Part shown: piece after piece, positions 1 to 14,400 of the stretch | Numbering within the stretch: position 1 is the stretch's first letter | Layout of the letters: the number at the start of each line of letters is the position of its first letter | Assembly: GCA_002269645.1 (NCBI GenBank) | Contig: NIVC01001945.1 | Span: 62,001-126,000, forward strand | DNA: 64,000 nucleotides | Direction: 5' to 3' | Source of the DNA: Macrostomum lignano | Taxonomy: Eukaryota | Made by a program: the position numbers and the translations under genes | Notes under the pieces: generated by a model | Databases searched by the model: none | What the model saw: the letters and a program-made list of their open reading frames with translations, nothing else | Told to the model about the DNA's origin: nothing

Positions 1-78
1 AGAAGTAAATGGAGCTCTAAACACAATAGCTACTCGTATTTGAAAAATCGATTACAACCGTACAAATCTATCCATCAG

Positions 79-153
79 GTGCCATCACAACGTCTACTAT
101 GACAACGCCTAAGCCAACAACACCAACGACTCGACTTGAGTTCACAACGCTAG
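79..153 (+). CDS. Penultimate exon (Thr-rich stalk) of an upstream membrane-protein gene, likely ADAM paralog
   Basis: ccatcag acceptor and gtaaga donor, phase 1-1, encodes AITTSTMTTPKPTTPTTRLEFTTL; splices in frame to exon 240-706. Confidence 0.6.
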
Positions 154-239
154 GTAAGAACTCTGATGGAACCAGATTAATAAAATTAATTTACCCCCCC
201 CAAAATGGTCTGAAATTCAGTTTACAACAATTTGCACAG

Positions 240-706
240 AACAAAGTCGTGACGACTTCTGGCTCTACATTGGCATCGGCATTGGCATCGCCATTGTGCT
301 GGTCCTCGCCATTGTCTTCTTCGTGTGGCTGTACTTCTGGTGCCGTCGCAATGACTTCACGCCCTACATTGGCGGCTGCGACGTGCCCGTCCCCGACGCC
401 AGCGCGGCTGCGAAGTTCCGCAGCTCCGCCGACATGCGCTCCTACCCGCTGGACGAGACGGCCTCGCCCGAGCAGGTTGCAGTGTCAACAGCGGGATTCA
501 ACCACAGCGGCAACGGCAGCGGTGGCGGCGGAAAGTCGTACATCGAGCGGCAATACGCGGCCAATTCGTACTTCAACGATGACTTTGACAACCCGGGCTA
601 CCACAGCGACGAATTGCGCAGCGGGCCGCAAGCTGTGGGCAGCGCTCAGAAGTATGAAATCGAACTCGAAGTCGGAGTGCCTGGCAAATTTGTGAAGAAG
701 TGCTGA
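240..706 (+). CDS. Terminal exon: transmembrane helix plus cytoplasmic tail of a type I membrane protein
   Basis: ttgcacag acceptor, phase 1; QSRDDFWLYIGIGIGIAIVLVLAIVFFVWLYFWCRR (TM followed by basic stop-transfer), tail ends KFVKKC-TGA. Confidence 0.8.
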
Positions 707-1218
707 GCACAGAGATTTACAACTTCAACTATATTTTCGAGGATAGTTCGATCACTTTGAGCACTTTCAGCAGTAAAAAGTTAACGCCAAGTTGCCCCTA
801 CCTCCCATTTGTAAGCTATATCTTTCCTCAAATTCACAACCGTACAGCTAGCAACCAAAACAAATTTATTTTCAATCGCTTGCCACCTTCATCAGAAGCT
901 TAGCTTAGGTTTTTTATTTAGTTATTTATTTATTATATTTATCATTTATTTACACAGTACTCTCGTATCGAAAGAAGCGCCTGAATTGCCAGCGTATACC
1001 AAAACATTTTCTAATGCACTGATCCTAGAAATTTTTGTTTAAATAATTGCTTTCAACAAATTTTAATTTTAATTGAATTTCAATTGAATAAGATAATGAA
1101 TTAAACTGTGCTCAATTGACATGACCGCTTGCCCAGTCGCTTGTCAAATGCATGAACGAATTTGTGATTGTTAACTTTTTCATTTTTTACATCAACTTTC
1201 TTGCCTCGTTAGTGCTTT

Positions 1219-1422
1219 CTAACCCTAACCCTAACCCCTAACCCAAATCCCTAACCCAAACCCCTAACCCAAATCCCTAACCCAAATCCCTTAACCCAAA
1301 CCCCTAACCCAAACCCCTAACCCAAATCCCTAACCCAAACCCCTAACTCAAACCCCTAACCCAAATCCCTAACCCAAACCCCTAACCTAAGGTCTAACTC
1401 TAACCCCTAATCCAAACCCTAA
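1219..1422. repeat. Degenerate interstitial telomere-like (CCCTAA)n tract
   Basis: ctaaccctaaccctaacc followed by variants ccctaacccaaat and ccctaacccaaac. Confidence 0.8.
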
Positions 1423-1717
1423 ATAAACCCTTTTACTGACGAAACGATAGCTGATTAACGCACCAATTTAAGAGGCCAAACGGTAACCCACCTGACTCCG
1501 CACGTTCGTGCTCGGAAATCGACCTGTCTGAGGCTTCTAGATGCGATTCACGCCAAGGCACACAGTTGGGTACCACTGCCTGATAACCGAGAAAGTCGGG
1601 GCCGCCTGTACATTCTACAGTCTACAACTCATGAAATCAAACAGACGTTTTGCATTCAGCTGCATGGTCTTTCTTGCGAAAGTGGAATACGTACTGGAAA
1701 ATTCTGTTCATAGTTCT

Positions 1718-1850
1718 GCTTTATACAGTCGATTGTGATGCTCTATACAGTCTATTGTGATGCTCTATACAGTCTATTGTGATGTTGTATACAGTCTATT
1801 GTGGTTACTCTATACAGTCTATTGTGATTCTCTATACACTCTATTGTTTG
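1718..1850. repeat. 22-bp minisatellite, about 6 copies
   Basis: Unit ctctatacagtctattgtgatg. Confidence 0.8.
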
Positions 1851-2327
1851 TATCTTGTTCTGACCTTCAGGCAGAACCCAACGGCTCATATCGAAAGCCG
1901 AACTCAATGCAGAAAATTCCTGACCCAATCAACACTCAAAAGAACTCAAAGAGGGGGGGGGGCAAAGAAAAAGAGAAACAAAAAGCACAAAATAAAAAGG
2001 CCAGCCTAAACCGCAACGCTCCAGAGTTCTCAGATCCAGAGAGCAGTCAATCCCTACTCACACATGGCTCATTGGCTCAAATCACTTTCACGCGGGGTAG
2101 GGCTATAGGTAAGGCAAAATCGATAAGAAAGGCAATCTGCACCTTTTCTGGGAGCATGCAGCAGAGCCAATATTTGTTGTCGTGGGGGGGGGGGCAGGGC
2201 CCGGCCAAAGCCGCTTGACCCAGAGCTCATGTCAGCCTCAAGCCAGTTCTCGCTGACCGACTCAGACTCTAAAAATATCTCAGCGCAATAAATAAGCTGA
2301 GGTGACAGACAGACTCAGAGCTTTAGA

Positions 2328-2409
2328 ATGAAGCAGGCAGCGATGTTGCTCAATCTGTCAATTATTTTAATGCTACTGCAGATTCATGTCCAGGCCGATG
2401 CATTGAAAG
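2328..2409 (+). CDS. ADAM: ADAM exon 1, signal peptide
   Basis: [27 protein letters not shown] then gtatgg donor, phase 1. Confidence 0.75.
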
Positions 2410-5400
2410 GTATGGAAAATTCAATTTGGTGTACTTGGCTTTCGACTTCACCGACTCTTATTAAATATTAATGTTCTTCGCTTTATATTAAACCACTAAA
2501 TCATCCTCTGCATAATCCACCAACCCTCCCGATCCTTTGAAATTCCGCCAACCCTCCCGATCCTTTGAAATTCCGCCAACCCTCCCGATCCTTTGAAATT
2601 CCGCCAACCCTCCCGATCCTTTGATATTCCGCCAACCCTCCCGATCCTTTGATGTGCCGCCAACCCCCCCAATCCTTTGACATTCCGCCAACCCTCCCCC
2701 GATCCTTGGATATGCCGTCAACCCTCACGATCCTTTGATATTCCGCCAACCCTCGCAATCCTTTGATATGCCGCCAACCCTCCCGACCCTTTGATATGCC
2801 GCCAACCCTCCCGACCCTTTGATATGCCGTCAACCCTCCCGATCCTTTGATATTCCGCCAACACTCCCGATCCTTTGATATGCCGCCAACCCTCCCGATC
2901 CTTTGATATTCCGTCAACCCTCCCAATCCTTTGATATGCCGCCAACCCTCCCGACCCTTTGATATGCCGCCAACCCTCCCGACCCTTTGATATGCCGCCA
3001 ACCCTCCCGACCCTTTGATATGCTGTCAACCCTCCCGCGTCGCCAAACCTTCTTAACATGTGATTTTTTTATACTAATACATTCTTAACACTAACACATT
3101 TCTTAGCTTGAATTCCAGTCCCACCAGACACTAATCTTGCAAGCCATCGCCATGGACCACTGTTCTACAACCTGGACGAGTCCGAGTGCGCCAGCTCGCG
3201 CACTGAAGACATTGTAGTGAACGATGCAGTCGCAGTTCGACTGCAGCTGGGAGAAAGTTCCAGGTTGGATTAGATTTTATGCCTTAAAATTGCATTTTAT
3301 GCGGAAGCCTATTGCCTGTAATAAATTTCTAATTTGTGTCAACCTGAATTCAGAGACTCCTACCTGCCGAGTTTGAAATCGATTCGGAATTAGCCACAGC
3401 CATCTCATCCCGGCCCTGCTACTATCAGGGCTCCGTGGCTGGCACCGGGGAGATGGCCGTTGCCAAGCTGGTGGACGGCTGGTTCAGGTGCGAGCTGCTG
3501 ATATAATTATGCAGGTCCTCGGTACTGACTCAGGACCGATTCTCATGTTAACTCAGAACTGAATCTCAGGTGTTTCAGGGCTGAATCTCAAGTGTTTCAG
3601 GGCTGAATCTCAGGTGTTTCAGGGCTGAATCTCAGGTGTTTCTGGGCTGAATCTCAGGTGTTTCAGGGCAGATTCTCAGGTGTTTTTTAGGGCTGGATCT
3701 CAGGTGATTCAGGGCTGAACCTCGGGTGTTTAAAGGCTGAATCTCAGGTGTTTTTTTCAGTCCTGAATCTCAGGTTTTCTGGGACCAACTCTCGGGTGGC
3801 TTAGATTCGATCATCATGTCGATTCAGGACTATCATGCCATGTCATCTTTATGACTTATTCAATTGCAAGACTAGCAATCCATTATATTCCTTTATCGAC
3901 AATTTGCTATTTGATAATTCCACTCAGTTCATTCTTATTTTCAGCGCCACCTTCATCTATCAAGGCCGCCCCTACCAAGTTGGACCCGTTCGTCAGCAAA
4001 GTCGCAGCCGGAATCCGCTGGTGCGGCAGCAGCAGGCGCCCCTGCCAGCAGCAGCGCTGACCCCGTCACAGATCAGGAAGTGCGGCTTGCACTCAAATCC
4101 CCACCGCAGAGAGGATGAAAAAGCCGGGATTGCCAGCGGCAGCAACGCGACCACCTCGGACAGTCCGCACAGGCGCAGCCGGCGAGCCGTGATCCGGGCG
4201 GACACAAAGTCCCTGATCCTGCCGGAGAACAGGAAGTACATCCGTCTGGTTCTTGTCGGAGATGCCGCATTTGTGAGTTCATGATGTCCTTCTAGATATG
4301 TATTGGCTTATTAGCTTTGTTAGATAGTTAGTTAATTTACTAGCAATCTTCGCCCCCCGATGGGGGACATCTGGATAGAATCTCTGTTCTCTACAAGTAA
4401 CAAAAAGACAGCCAAAAAATCCTTCACAAAGACAACAGACAAACTGCTCAAATGAAGTGAATTGCAATAAGAAATCTTCCCAAGACCACAAGCATCCCCC
4501 AGATAGCAAGCATTCCCCAGATAGCAAGCATCCCTCAAATAGCAAGCATCCCCAGATAGCAAGCATCCCCAGATAGCAAGCATCCCCCAGATAGCAAGCA
4601 TCCCCCAGATAGCAAACATCCCCCAGATAGCAAGCATTCCCCAGATAGCAAGCATTCCCCAGATAGCAAACATTCCCCAGATAGCAAGCATTCCCCAGAT
4701 AGCAAGCATCCCTCAGATAGCAAGCATACCCCAAATAGCAAGCATCCCTCAGATAGCAAGCATCCCTCAGATAGCAAGCATCCCCCAGATAGCAAGCATC
4801 ACTCAGATAGCAAGCATCCACCAGATAGCAAGCATCCCCCAGATAGCAAGCATCACTCAGATAGCAAGCATCCCTCAGATAGCAAGCATCCACCAGATAG
4901 CAAGCATCCCTCAGATAGCAAGCATCCCCCAAATTGCAAGCATCGCCCAGATAGCAAGCATCCCCAGAAAGCAAGCATCCTCCAAATAGCAAGCATCCCC
5001 CAGATAGATAGCATCCCCAAATAGCAACCATCCACCAGACAATAAGTAGCTAGAGCGACAATTTCCTTAGCTTTATAGTGGCTCCTTTAAATTGGCATGG
5101 CGCTTTATACCTTTACATTTGAAATTGTATATCTTGAATGTTTGACATGGTGGCTCTTTTATGTTTGACATGGTGGCTCTTCTATGTTTGACATGGTGGC
5201 TCTTCTATGTTTGACATGGTGGCTCTTTTATGTTTGACATGGTGGCTCTTTTATGTTTGACATGGTGGCTCTTTTATGTTTGACATGGTGGCTCTTTTAT
5301 GTTTGACATGGTGGCTCTTTTATGTTTGATATAGTGGCTCTTCTATGTTTGACATGGTGGCTTTTTTATGTTTGACATAGTGGCTCTTCTATGTTTGACA

Positions 5401-8400
5401 TGGTGGCTTTTTTAGGTTTGACATGGTGGCTCTTTTATGTTTGACATGTTGGCTTTTTAATGTTTGACATGGTGGCTTTTTAATGTTCGACATGGTGGCT
5501 CTTTAATGTTTGACATGGTGGCTTTTTAATGTTCGACATGGTGGCTCTTTTAGGTTTGAAATGGTGGCTCCTTAATTTTCGAAATGGTGGCTCTTTTATG
5601 TTCGACATGGTGGCTCTTTAATGTTCGACATGGTGGCTCTTTAATGTTCTTAATGGTGTCTGTTTTATGTTTGACATGGTGGCTCTTTATTGTTCGACAT
5701 GGTGGCTCTTTAATTTTTAACATGGTAACTCTTTTATGTTTGATATGGTGGCTCTTTAATGTTCGACATGGTGGCTCTTTAATGTTCGACATGGTGGCTC
5801 TTTAATGTTTGATAAGGTGGCTCTTTAATGTTCGACATGGTGGCTTTTTAATGTTTGACATGGTGGCTCTTGAATGTTCTTAATGGTGGCTCTTTAATGT
5901 TTGACATGGTGGCTCTTTAATTTTTGAAATGGTGGCTGTTTTATGTTCGACATGGTGGCTCTTTAATTTTTAACATGGTGACTCTTTTATGTTCGATATG
6001 GTGGCTCTTTTATGTTTGACATAGTGGCTCCTTTAGGTTTGAAATGGTGGCTCTTAAATGTTTAACATTGTGGCTCTTTAATTTTCGAAATGGTGGCTCT
6101 TTTATGTTTGACATGGTGGCTCTTTAATGTTCGACATGGTGGCTCTTTAATGTTCTTAATGGTGTCTGTTTTATGTTCGACATGGTGGCTCTTTTATGTT
6201 CGACATGGTGGCTCTTTAATGTTCGACATGGTGGCTCCTTTAGGTTTGAAATGGTGGCTCTTTAATGTTTGACATTGTGGCTCTTTAATATTTGACAAGG
6301 TGGCTCTTTAATGTTCGAAATGGTGGCTCCTTAATTTTCGAAATGGTGGCTGTTTTATGTTTGACATGGTGGCTCTTTAATGTTCGACATGGTGGCTCTT
6401 TAATGTTCGACATGGTGGCTCTTTAATGTTCTTAATAGTGTCTGTTTTATGTTCGACATGGTGGCTCTTTAATTTTTAACATAGTAACTCTTTTACATGT
6501 ATGTTTCACATGGTGGCTCTTTAATGTTCGACATGGTGGCTCCTTTAGGTTTGAAATTTTGGCTCTTTAATGTTTGACATTGTGGCTCTTTAATGTTTGA
6601 CATGGTGGCTTTTTAATGTTCGACATGGTGGCTCTTTTAGGTTTGAAACGGTGGCTCTTTAATGTTTGACATGGTGACTCTTTAATGTTTGACATGGTGG
6701 CTCTTGTATGTTCGACATGGTGGCTCCTTTAGGTTTGAAATGGTGGCTCTTTAATGTTTGATATTGTGGCTTTTTAATGTTTGACATGGTGGCTTCTTAA
6801 TGTTTGACATGGTGGCTCTTTTAGGTTTGAAATGGTGGCTCTTTAATATTTGACATGGTGGCTCTTTAATGTTTGACATGGTGGCTCTTTTAGATTTGAA
6901 ATGGTGGGTCTTTAATGCTTGACAATGTGGCTCTTTAATGTTTGACATGGCTGCTCTTTAATGTTCGATATGGTGGCTCTTTAATGTTTGACATGGTAAC
7001 TCTTTTATGTTTGATATGGTGGCTCTTTTATGTTCAACATGGTGGCTCTTTAATGTTTGACATGGTGGCTTTTGAATGTTCGACATGGTGGCTCTTTAAT
7101 GTTTGACATGGTGGCTCTTTTAGGTTTGAAATGGTGGCTCTTTAATGTTCTACATGGTAACTCTTTTATGTTTGATACGGTGGCTTTTTAATGTCTGACA
7201 TGTTGTCTCTTTTATGTTTGACATGGTGGCTCTTTAATGTTTGACATGGTAACTCTTTTATGTTTGATATGGTGGCTCTTTTATGTTCGACATGGTGGCT
7301 CTTTAATGTTCGACATGGTGGCTCCTTTAGGTTTGAAATGGTGGCTCTTTAATGTTTGACAATGTGGCTCTTTTATGTTCGACATGGTGGCTCTTTTAGG
7401 TTTGACATGGTGGCTCTTAAATGTTCGACATAGTGGCTCTTTAATGTTTCACATGGTGGCTCTTTAATATTTGACATAAAGTCACATATATGTTTGACAT
7501 GGTGGCTCCTAAATGTTTGACATGGTGGCTCTTTATGTTTGACATGGTGGCTCTTTTATGTTCGACATGGTGGATCTTTTTTGTTCTACATGGTAACTCT
7601 TTTATATTTGATACGGTGGCTTTTTAATGTCTGACATGTTGGCTCTTTTATGTTTGACATGGTGGCTCTTTAATGTTCGACAAAGTGGCTCTTTTATGTT
7701 TGACATGGTGGCTCTTAATTGTTTGACAAAGTGGCTCTTTAATGTTCAAAATGGTGGCTCTTTAATGTTCGAAATGGTGGCTCTTTAATGTTCGAAATGG
7801 TGGCTGTTTTATGTTTGACATAGTGGCTCTTTTATGTTTGACATGGTGGCTCTTTAATGTTCGACATGGTAGCTCTTTAATGTTCGACATGGTAACTCTT
7901 TTATGTTTGATATGGTGGCTCTTTTATGTTCGACATGGTGGCTCTTTAATGTTCGACATGGTGGCTCCTTTAGGTTTGAAATGGTGGCTCTTTAATGTTT
8001 GACAATGTGGCTCTTTTATGTTCGACATGGTGGCTCTTTTAGGTTTGACATGGTGGCTCTTAAATGTTCGACATGGTGGCTCTTTAATGTTTCACATGGT
8101 GGCTCTTTAATATTTGACATAAAGTCACATATATGTTTGACATGGTGGCTCCTAAATGTTTGACATGGTGGCTCTTTATGTTTGACATGGTGGCTCTTTT
8201 ATGTTCGACATGGTGGATCTTTTTTGTTCTACATGGTAACTCTTTTATGTTTGATACGGTGGCTTTTTAATGTCTGACATGTTGGCTCTTTTATGTTTGA
8301 CATGGTGGCTCTTTAATGTTCGACAAAGTGGCTCTTTTATGTTTGACATGGTGGCTCTTAATTGTTTGACATAGTGGCTCTTTAATGTTCAAAATGGTGG

Positions 8401-11400
8401 CTCTTTAATGTTCGAAATGGTGGCTCTTTAATGTTCGAAATGGTGGCTGTTTTATGTTTGACATGGTGGCTCTTTTATGTTTGACATGGTGGCTCTTTAA
8501 TGTTCGACATGGTAGCTCTTTAATGTTCGACATGGTAGCTCTTTTATGTTTGACATGGTGGCTCTTTAATGTTCGACATGGTAGCTCTTTAATGTTCGAC
8601 ATGGTAACTCTTTTATGTTTGATATGGTGGCTCTTTTATGTTCGACATGGTGGCTCTTTAATGTTCGACATGGTGGCTCCTTTAGGTTTGAAATGGTGGC
8701 TCTTTAATGTTTGACAATGTGGCTCTTTTATGTTCGACATGGTGGCTCTTTTAGGTTTGACATGGTGGCTCTTAAATGTTCGACATGGTGGCTCTTTAAT
8801 GTTTCACATGGTGGCTCTTTAATATTTGACATAAAGTCACATATATGTTTGACATGGTGGCTCCTAAATGTTTGACATGGTGGCTCTTTATGTTTGACAT
8901 GGTGGCTCTTTTATGTTCGACATGGTGGATCTTTTTTGTTCTACATGGTAACTCTTTTATGTTTGATACGGTGGCTTTTTAATGTCTGACATGTTGGCTC
9001 TTTAATGTTCGACATGGTAGCTCTTTAATGTTCGACAAAGTGGCTCTTTTATGTTTGACATGGTGGCTCTTAATTGTTTGACATAGTGGCTCTTTAATGT
9101 TCAAAATGGTGGCTCTTTAATGTTCGAAATGGTGGCTCTTTAATGTTCGAAATGGTGGCTGTTTTATGTTTGACATGGTGGCTCTTTTATGTTTGACATG
9201 GTGGCTCTTTAATGTTCGACATGGTAGCTCTTTAATGTTCGACATGGTAGCTCTTTTATGTTTGACATGGTAACTCTTTTATGTTCGATATGTTGGCTCT
9301 TCTATGTTTGACATTGCGCTTCTTTGATGTTTAGCAGTTTTGTTGTGTTTTTAAGGTGTTTTAATAAAAAAAATCTTTTTGCACTACTGAGATTCGAACC
9401 CAGGTCGCTACATTAGCATTCCAGTCTGTTCGCATCAGGGCTATCTCTTTTCAATTGGAGAACATGAATTGTGGCCCTTATAATTCAATTCTTACAGCAA
9501 GTCAATTGGAGTAAAAAGTTATGACATAATCAATTTCTCAGTCAGCCAGTATCAGTCTCAATTTAAGTTAGCAATATGGTTACGCAATTTCAATCAAGTC
9601 GTGTGTGCATTTCTTCGGCACTGTTTTCAACTTGTTGTGATGCAATCTTTAGCACAATCGGAATTCAGTCAGTCAGTTTTTTCTCTAATTCTTACAATGC
9701 ATTTCAAGTCGAAAATTTGGCTTGACCTTTGCAAAAAAGCATGTTTTTCGAATATTTAATCCCTTTAACATTGAGCAATTTCTTAGCCAGGATGCATGTA
9801 CCGTGCCAGGAAAATTTCTGATCAAATGGTGCAAGTTTGAAGAAAATCGGTTGAGCCAATTTTTCTGAAATCTATCGCATACCGACAGACAACTCATTTT
9901 TAGTATATAGGACTAGCAATCAGTGCCCCCCGTTGGGGAGCCAAAAATGCAGTACAAGTTTTTTTAATAAACTACATGTAAGCGTCTCTTTGCATTATAC
10001 CTTGTAAGCCTTGACATGTCAGAAAATCCCCCCACAAGCCTTAGCATATCAACCGCCTTGACATCTTAGCAATGCCCCATAAGCCTTGCAATCTTAAAAA
10101 ATCTGTCAACCTTCTAACCCTAACCCTAGCCCTAACCTAAAGCATTGACATTTCAGTAATTCTCTCCAACAGTCATTATAGCACTACAGCATTATAGCGA
10201 TTCCCTGCAAGCCTCGACATCGTAGGGATTCCCAAATGATCTCTTAACTTCGACATGAAGCTTCTTTTATTTTTTACATTACGCTTTTTCTATCAGCGAT
10301 CCCTCCCCTGAGGAGCGAACAAATAATGTAATAAAAAGTTTTCAATAAACCACATGTAGCTTCTGACTTTAGCCTTGAAATCTCATTTATACCCCAGTGA
10401 GCCTTGACATCTCAGCTATTACCCTCATAAGCCTTGACATGTCAGCGATGCCCCCATAAACCTTGAAATCTGAAAAATCCCCTGCTAACCTTGAAACCCG
10501 ATAAAATATAACCCTCAACCCAAACCTGACCTAAACCTAACTTTAACCCAACGTAAAGCCTTAAAATCTCAGCAATTCTTCTCCCTAAGCCTTGACAATT
10601 TAGTGATTCTTTTTTTCAAGAATTCAAGCACATGTAGCTCCCCAAGCGACATGTACTCCCATGAATCTTTTTTTCGACATGACTCTTCTTTATGCGACAT
10701 GTGCTTTTTTTTTTAATGTACATGTACTTCTTCTATCAGCGCTGGCGAGCCAACAAAGAATGTTTGACATTGAGTAAAGTACATGTACTCTTAAAGTAGC
10801 TTCTGACTTTTGCTTTGACATCTCAGAAGTAATCTCAGTTATTCTCCGTGAGCCTTGACATCTCAGTAAGTCTCGCACAGCACAATAGCCTCATTTATTT
10901 TTACATGACTTCTTTCATGTCTGACATTTTTTATTGTCACTTGATTTTTGATGTCAGTAAGATTTTTTACATGTTTACATGACGCTTTCAAGATTGTTTA
11001 CATGACGCTTCTATGATTGTTTACATGACGCTTCTATGATTGTTTACATGACGCTTCTATGATTGTTTACACGACGCTTCTATGATTTTTTACATGACGC
11101 TTCTATGATAGTTTACATGACGCTTTCATGATTTTTTACATGACGCTTTCATGATTGTTTACATGACGCTTCTATGATTTTTTACATGACGCTTCTATGA
11201 TTGTTTACATGACGCTTCTATGATTGTTTACATGACGCTTCTATGATTGTTTACACGACGCTTCTATGATTTTTTACATGACGCTTCTATGATTGTTTAC
11301 ATGACACTTTCATGATTGTTTACATGACGCTTCTATGATTTTTTACATGAGGCTTCTATGATTTTTTACATGACGCTTCTATGATTGTTTACATGGCACT

Positions 11401-14400
11401 TCTATGATTTTTTACATGACGCTTCTATGATTTTTTACATGACGCTTTCATGATTGTTTACATGACGCTTCTATGATTTTTTTACATGACGCTTCTATGA
11501 TTGTTTACACAACACTTCTATGATTTTTTACATGACGCTTCTATGATTGTTTACATGACGCTTCTATGATTTTTTACATGACGCTTCTATGATTGTTTAC
11601 ATGACGCTTTCATGATTTTTTACATGACGCTTCTATGATTTTTTACATGACGCTTCTATGATTTTTTACATGACGCTTCTATGATTTTTTACATGACGCT
11701 TTCATGATTGTTTACATGACGCTTCTATGATTTTTTTACATGACGCTTATATGATTGTTTACATGACGCTTCTATGATTCTCTACATGACGCTTCTATGA
11801 TTTTTTACATGACGTTTTTTTGATATTTATCTGACGCTTCTATGATTTTTTAAATGACGCTTCTATGATTGTTTATATGACGCTTTTTCGATTTTTTACA
11901 TGACGCTTCTATGATTTTTTACATGACGCTTCTATGCTTTTTACATGACGCTTCTATGATTTTTACATGATACTTCTATGATTTTTTACATGAAGCTTCT
12001 ATGATTGTGTACATGACGCTTCTATGATTGTTTACATGACGCTTCTACGATTTTTAACATGACGCTTCTATGATTTTTTACATGACGCTTCTATGATTTT
12101 TTACATGACGCTTCTATGATTGTTTGCATGACGTTTCTATGATTTTTTACATGACGCTTCTACGATTTTTTACATGACGCTTCTATGATTGTGTACATGA
12201 CGCTTCTATGATTCTCTACATGACGCTTCTATGATTTTTTACATGACACTTCTATGCTTTTTACATGATGCTTCCACGATTTTTTACATGACACTTCCAC
12301 GATTTTTTACATGACGCTTCTATGCTTTTTACATGACGCTTCTATGATTTTTACATGATACTTCTATTATTTTTTACATGAAGCTTCTATGATTGTTTAC
12401 ATGACGCTTCTATGATTGTTTACATGACGCTTCTATGATTTTTTACATGACGCTTCTATGATTGTTTGCATGACGTTTCTATGATTTTTTACATGACGCT
12501 TCTACGATTTTTTACATGACGCTTCTATGATTGTTTACATGACGCTTCTATGATTCTCTACATGACGCTTCTATGATTTTTTACATGACACTTCTATGCT
12601 TTTTACATGATGCTTCCACGATTTTTTACATGACACTTCCACGATTTTTTACATGACGCTTCTATGATTTTTTACATGACGCTTCTATGATTTTTTTTAG
12701 TTTCCTTGGCGTTAAAAAGCTTTAATTAAAAAAACTCTACTCTCTAAAAATTCGAACCATCGTTTCTGCATTTAGCAGTTCAGTCTGTTTACCTCTAGGC
12801 TAGCTCTCATCGTTTTGATAACATGAATTCAGCACTTATAATTATAAGTTTCAAAACTCCAAGCATAGAGTAAATCACACGAGGCAGTTATGACATAATC
12901 AATTTCTCAGTCAGTCAGTATCAGTTAACAATATGGTTGCGCAATCTAAATCAAGTCTGGTGCTACGCTTCCACACTGCATTTTCAATACTGTGACGCAA
13001 TTCAAGTTGGAGTTACAATTCAGTTATGATGTAATCCATTTCAGAATCAGAATTCAACCAGTCAGTTTTTTCTCTAGCATTCTTACAATGCATTTCAAGT
13101 CGAAAAGTTTGCTTGACCTTTGCAAAAAAGCATGTTTTTCGAATATTTAATGCCTTTAGCATCGAGCAATTTCTTAGCCACGTTGCATGTACCGTCCCAG
13201 GAAAATTTCTGATCGAACAGTGCAAGTCTCATGAAAATCGGTTAAGCCATTTTTTCTCTAATCGATTACAAGCAAGCAAGATTTTCATTTTTAGTATATG
13301 GGATTGCGCAATCTAAATCAAGTCTGGTGCTACGCTTCCACACTGCATTTTCAATACTGTGACGCAATTCAAGTCGGAGTTACAATTCAGTTATGATGAA
13401 ATCTATTTCAGAATCAGAATTCAACCAGTCAATTTTTTCTCAAGCATTATACCAATGCATTTCAAGTCGAAAAGTTTGCTTGACCTTTGCAAAAAAGCAT
13501 GTTTTTCGAGTATTTAATGCCTTTAGCATCGAGCAATTTCTTAGCCAAGATACATGTACCGTCCCAGGAAAATTTCTGATCGAATGGTGCAAGTCTCATG
13601 AAAATCGGTTAAGCCATTTTTTCTCTAATCGATTGCAAGCAAGCAAGATTTTCATTTTTAGTATATAGGACTAGCAATCTTCGCCCCCCGTTGGGGGACA
13701 TCTGTATAGAATCTCTGTTCTCTACAAGTAATAAGAAAATAGCCAAATAAAGCTTTCACAAAGAAAACAGACAAACTACTCAAATGAAGTGCAATGCAAA
13801 AAGAAATCATCCCAAGACAGCAAGCATCCCCCAGATAGCAAGCATCCACCAGATTGCAAGCATCCCCCGGATAGCAAGCATCCCCAGATAGCAAGCATCA
13901 CCCAAATAGCAAGCATCCCCAGATAGCAAGCATACCCCAGATAGCAAGCATCCCCAGATTGCAAGCATCCCCCGGATAGCAAGCATCCCCAGATAGCAAG
14001 CATCCCCCAGATAGCAAGCATCCCCCAGATAGCAAGCATCCCCAAGATACAAGATAGCAAGCATCCCCCAGATAGATAGCATCCCCAAATAGCTAGCATC
14101 CACCAGAAAATAAGTAGCTAGTGCGACAATTTCCTTAGCATTATAGTGGCTCCTTTAAAATTCGCTCACTTTTACGTTGAAATTGTGTATATTTTATGTT
14201 TGACATGGTGGCTCTTTTATGTTTGAAATGAAGTCACTTATATGTTTGACATGGTGAATCTTTCAATGTTTTACAGGTTGGCTCTTTAATTTTCAACATG
14301 GTGGCTCTTTTATGTTCGACATAGTGGCTCCTTTATGTTCAACATGGTGGCTCTTTAATGTTCGACACGATGGCACGTTAATGTTTGATATGGTGGCTCT

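Noticed and set aside
99-695. 198-aa ORF as a gene
   Set aside because: It reads from a real exon through an 86-bp intron into the wrong frame of the next exon
1219-1422. True chromosome end
   Set aside because: Short, degenerate and flanked by genes on both sides
9379-9446. Functional tRNA gene
   Set aside because: Only the T-arm is well formed; acceptor and anticodon stems do not pair convincingly and copies vary
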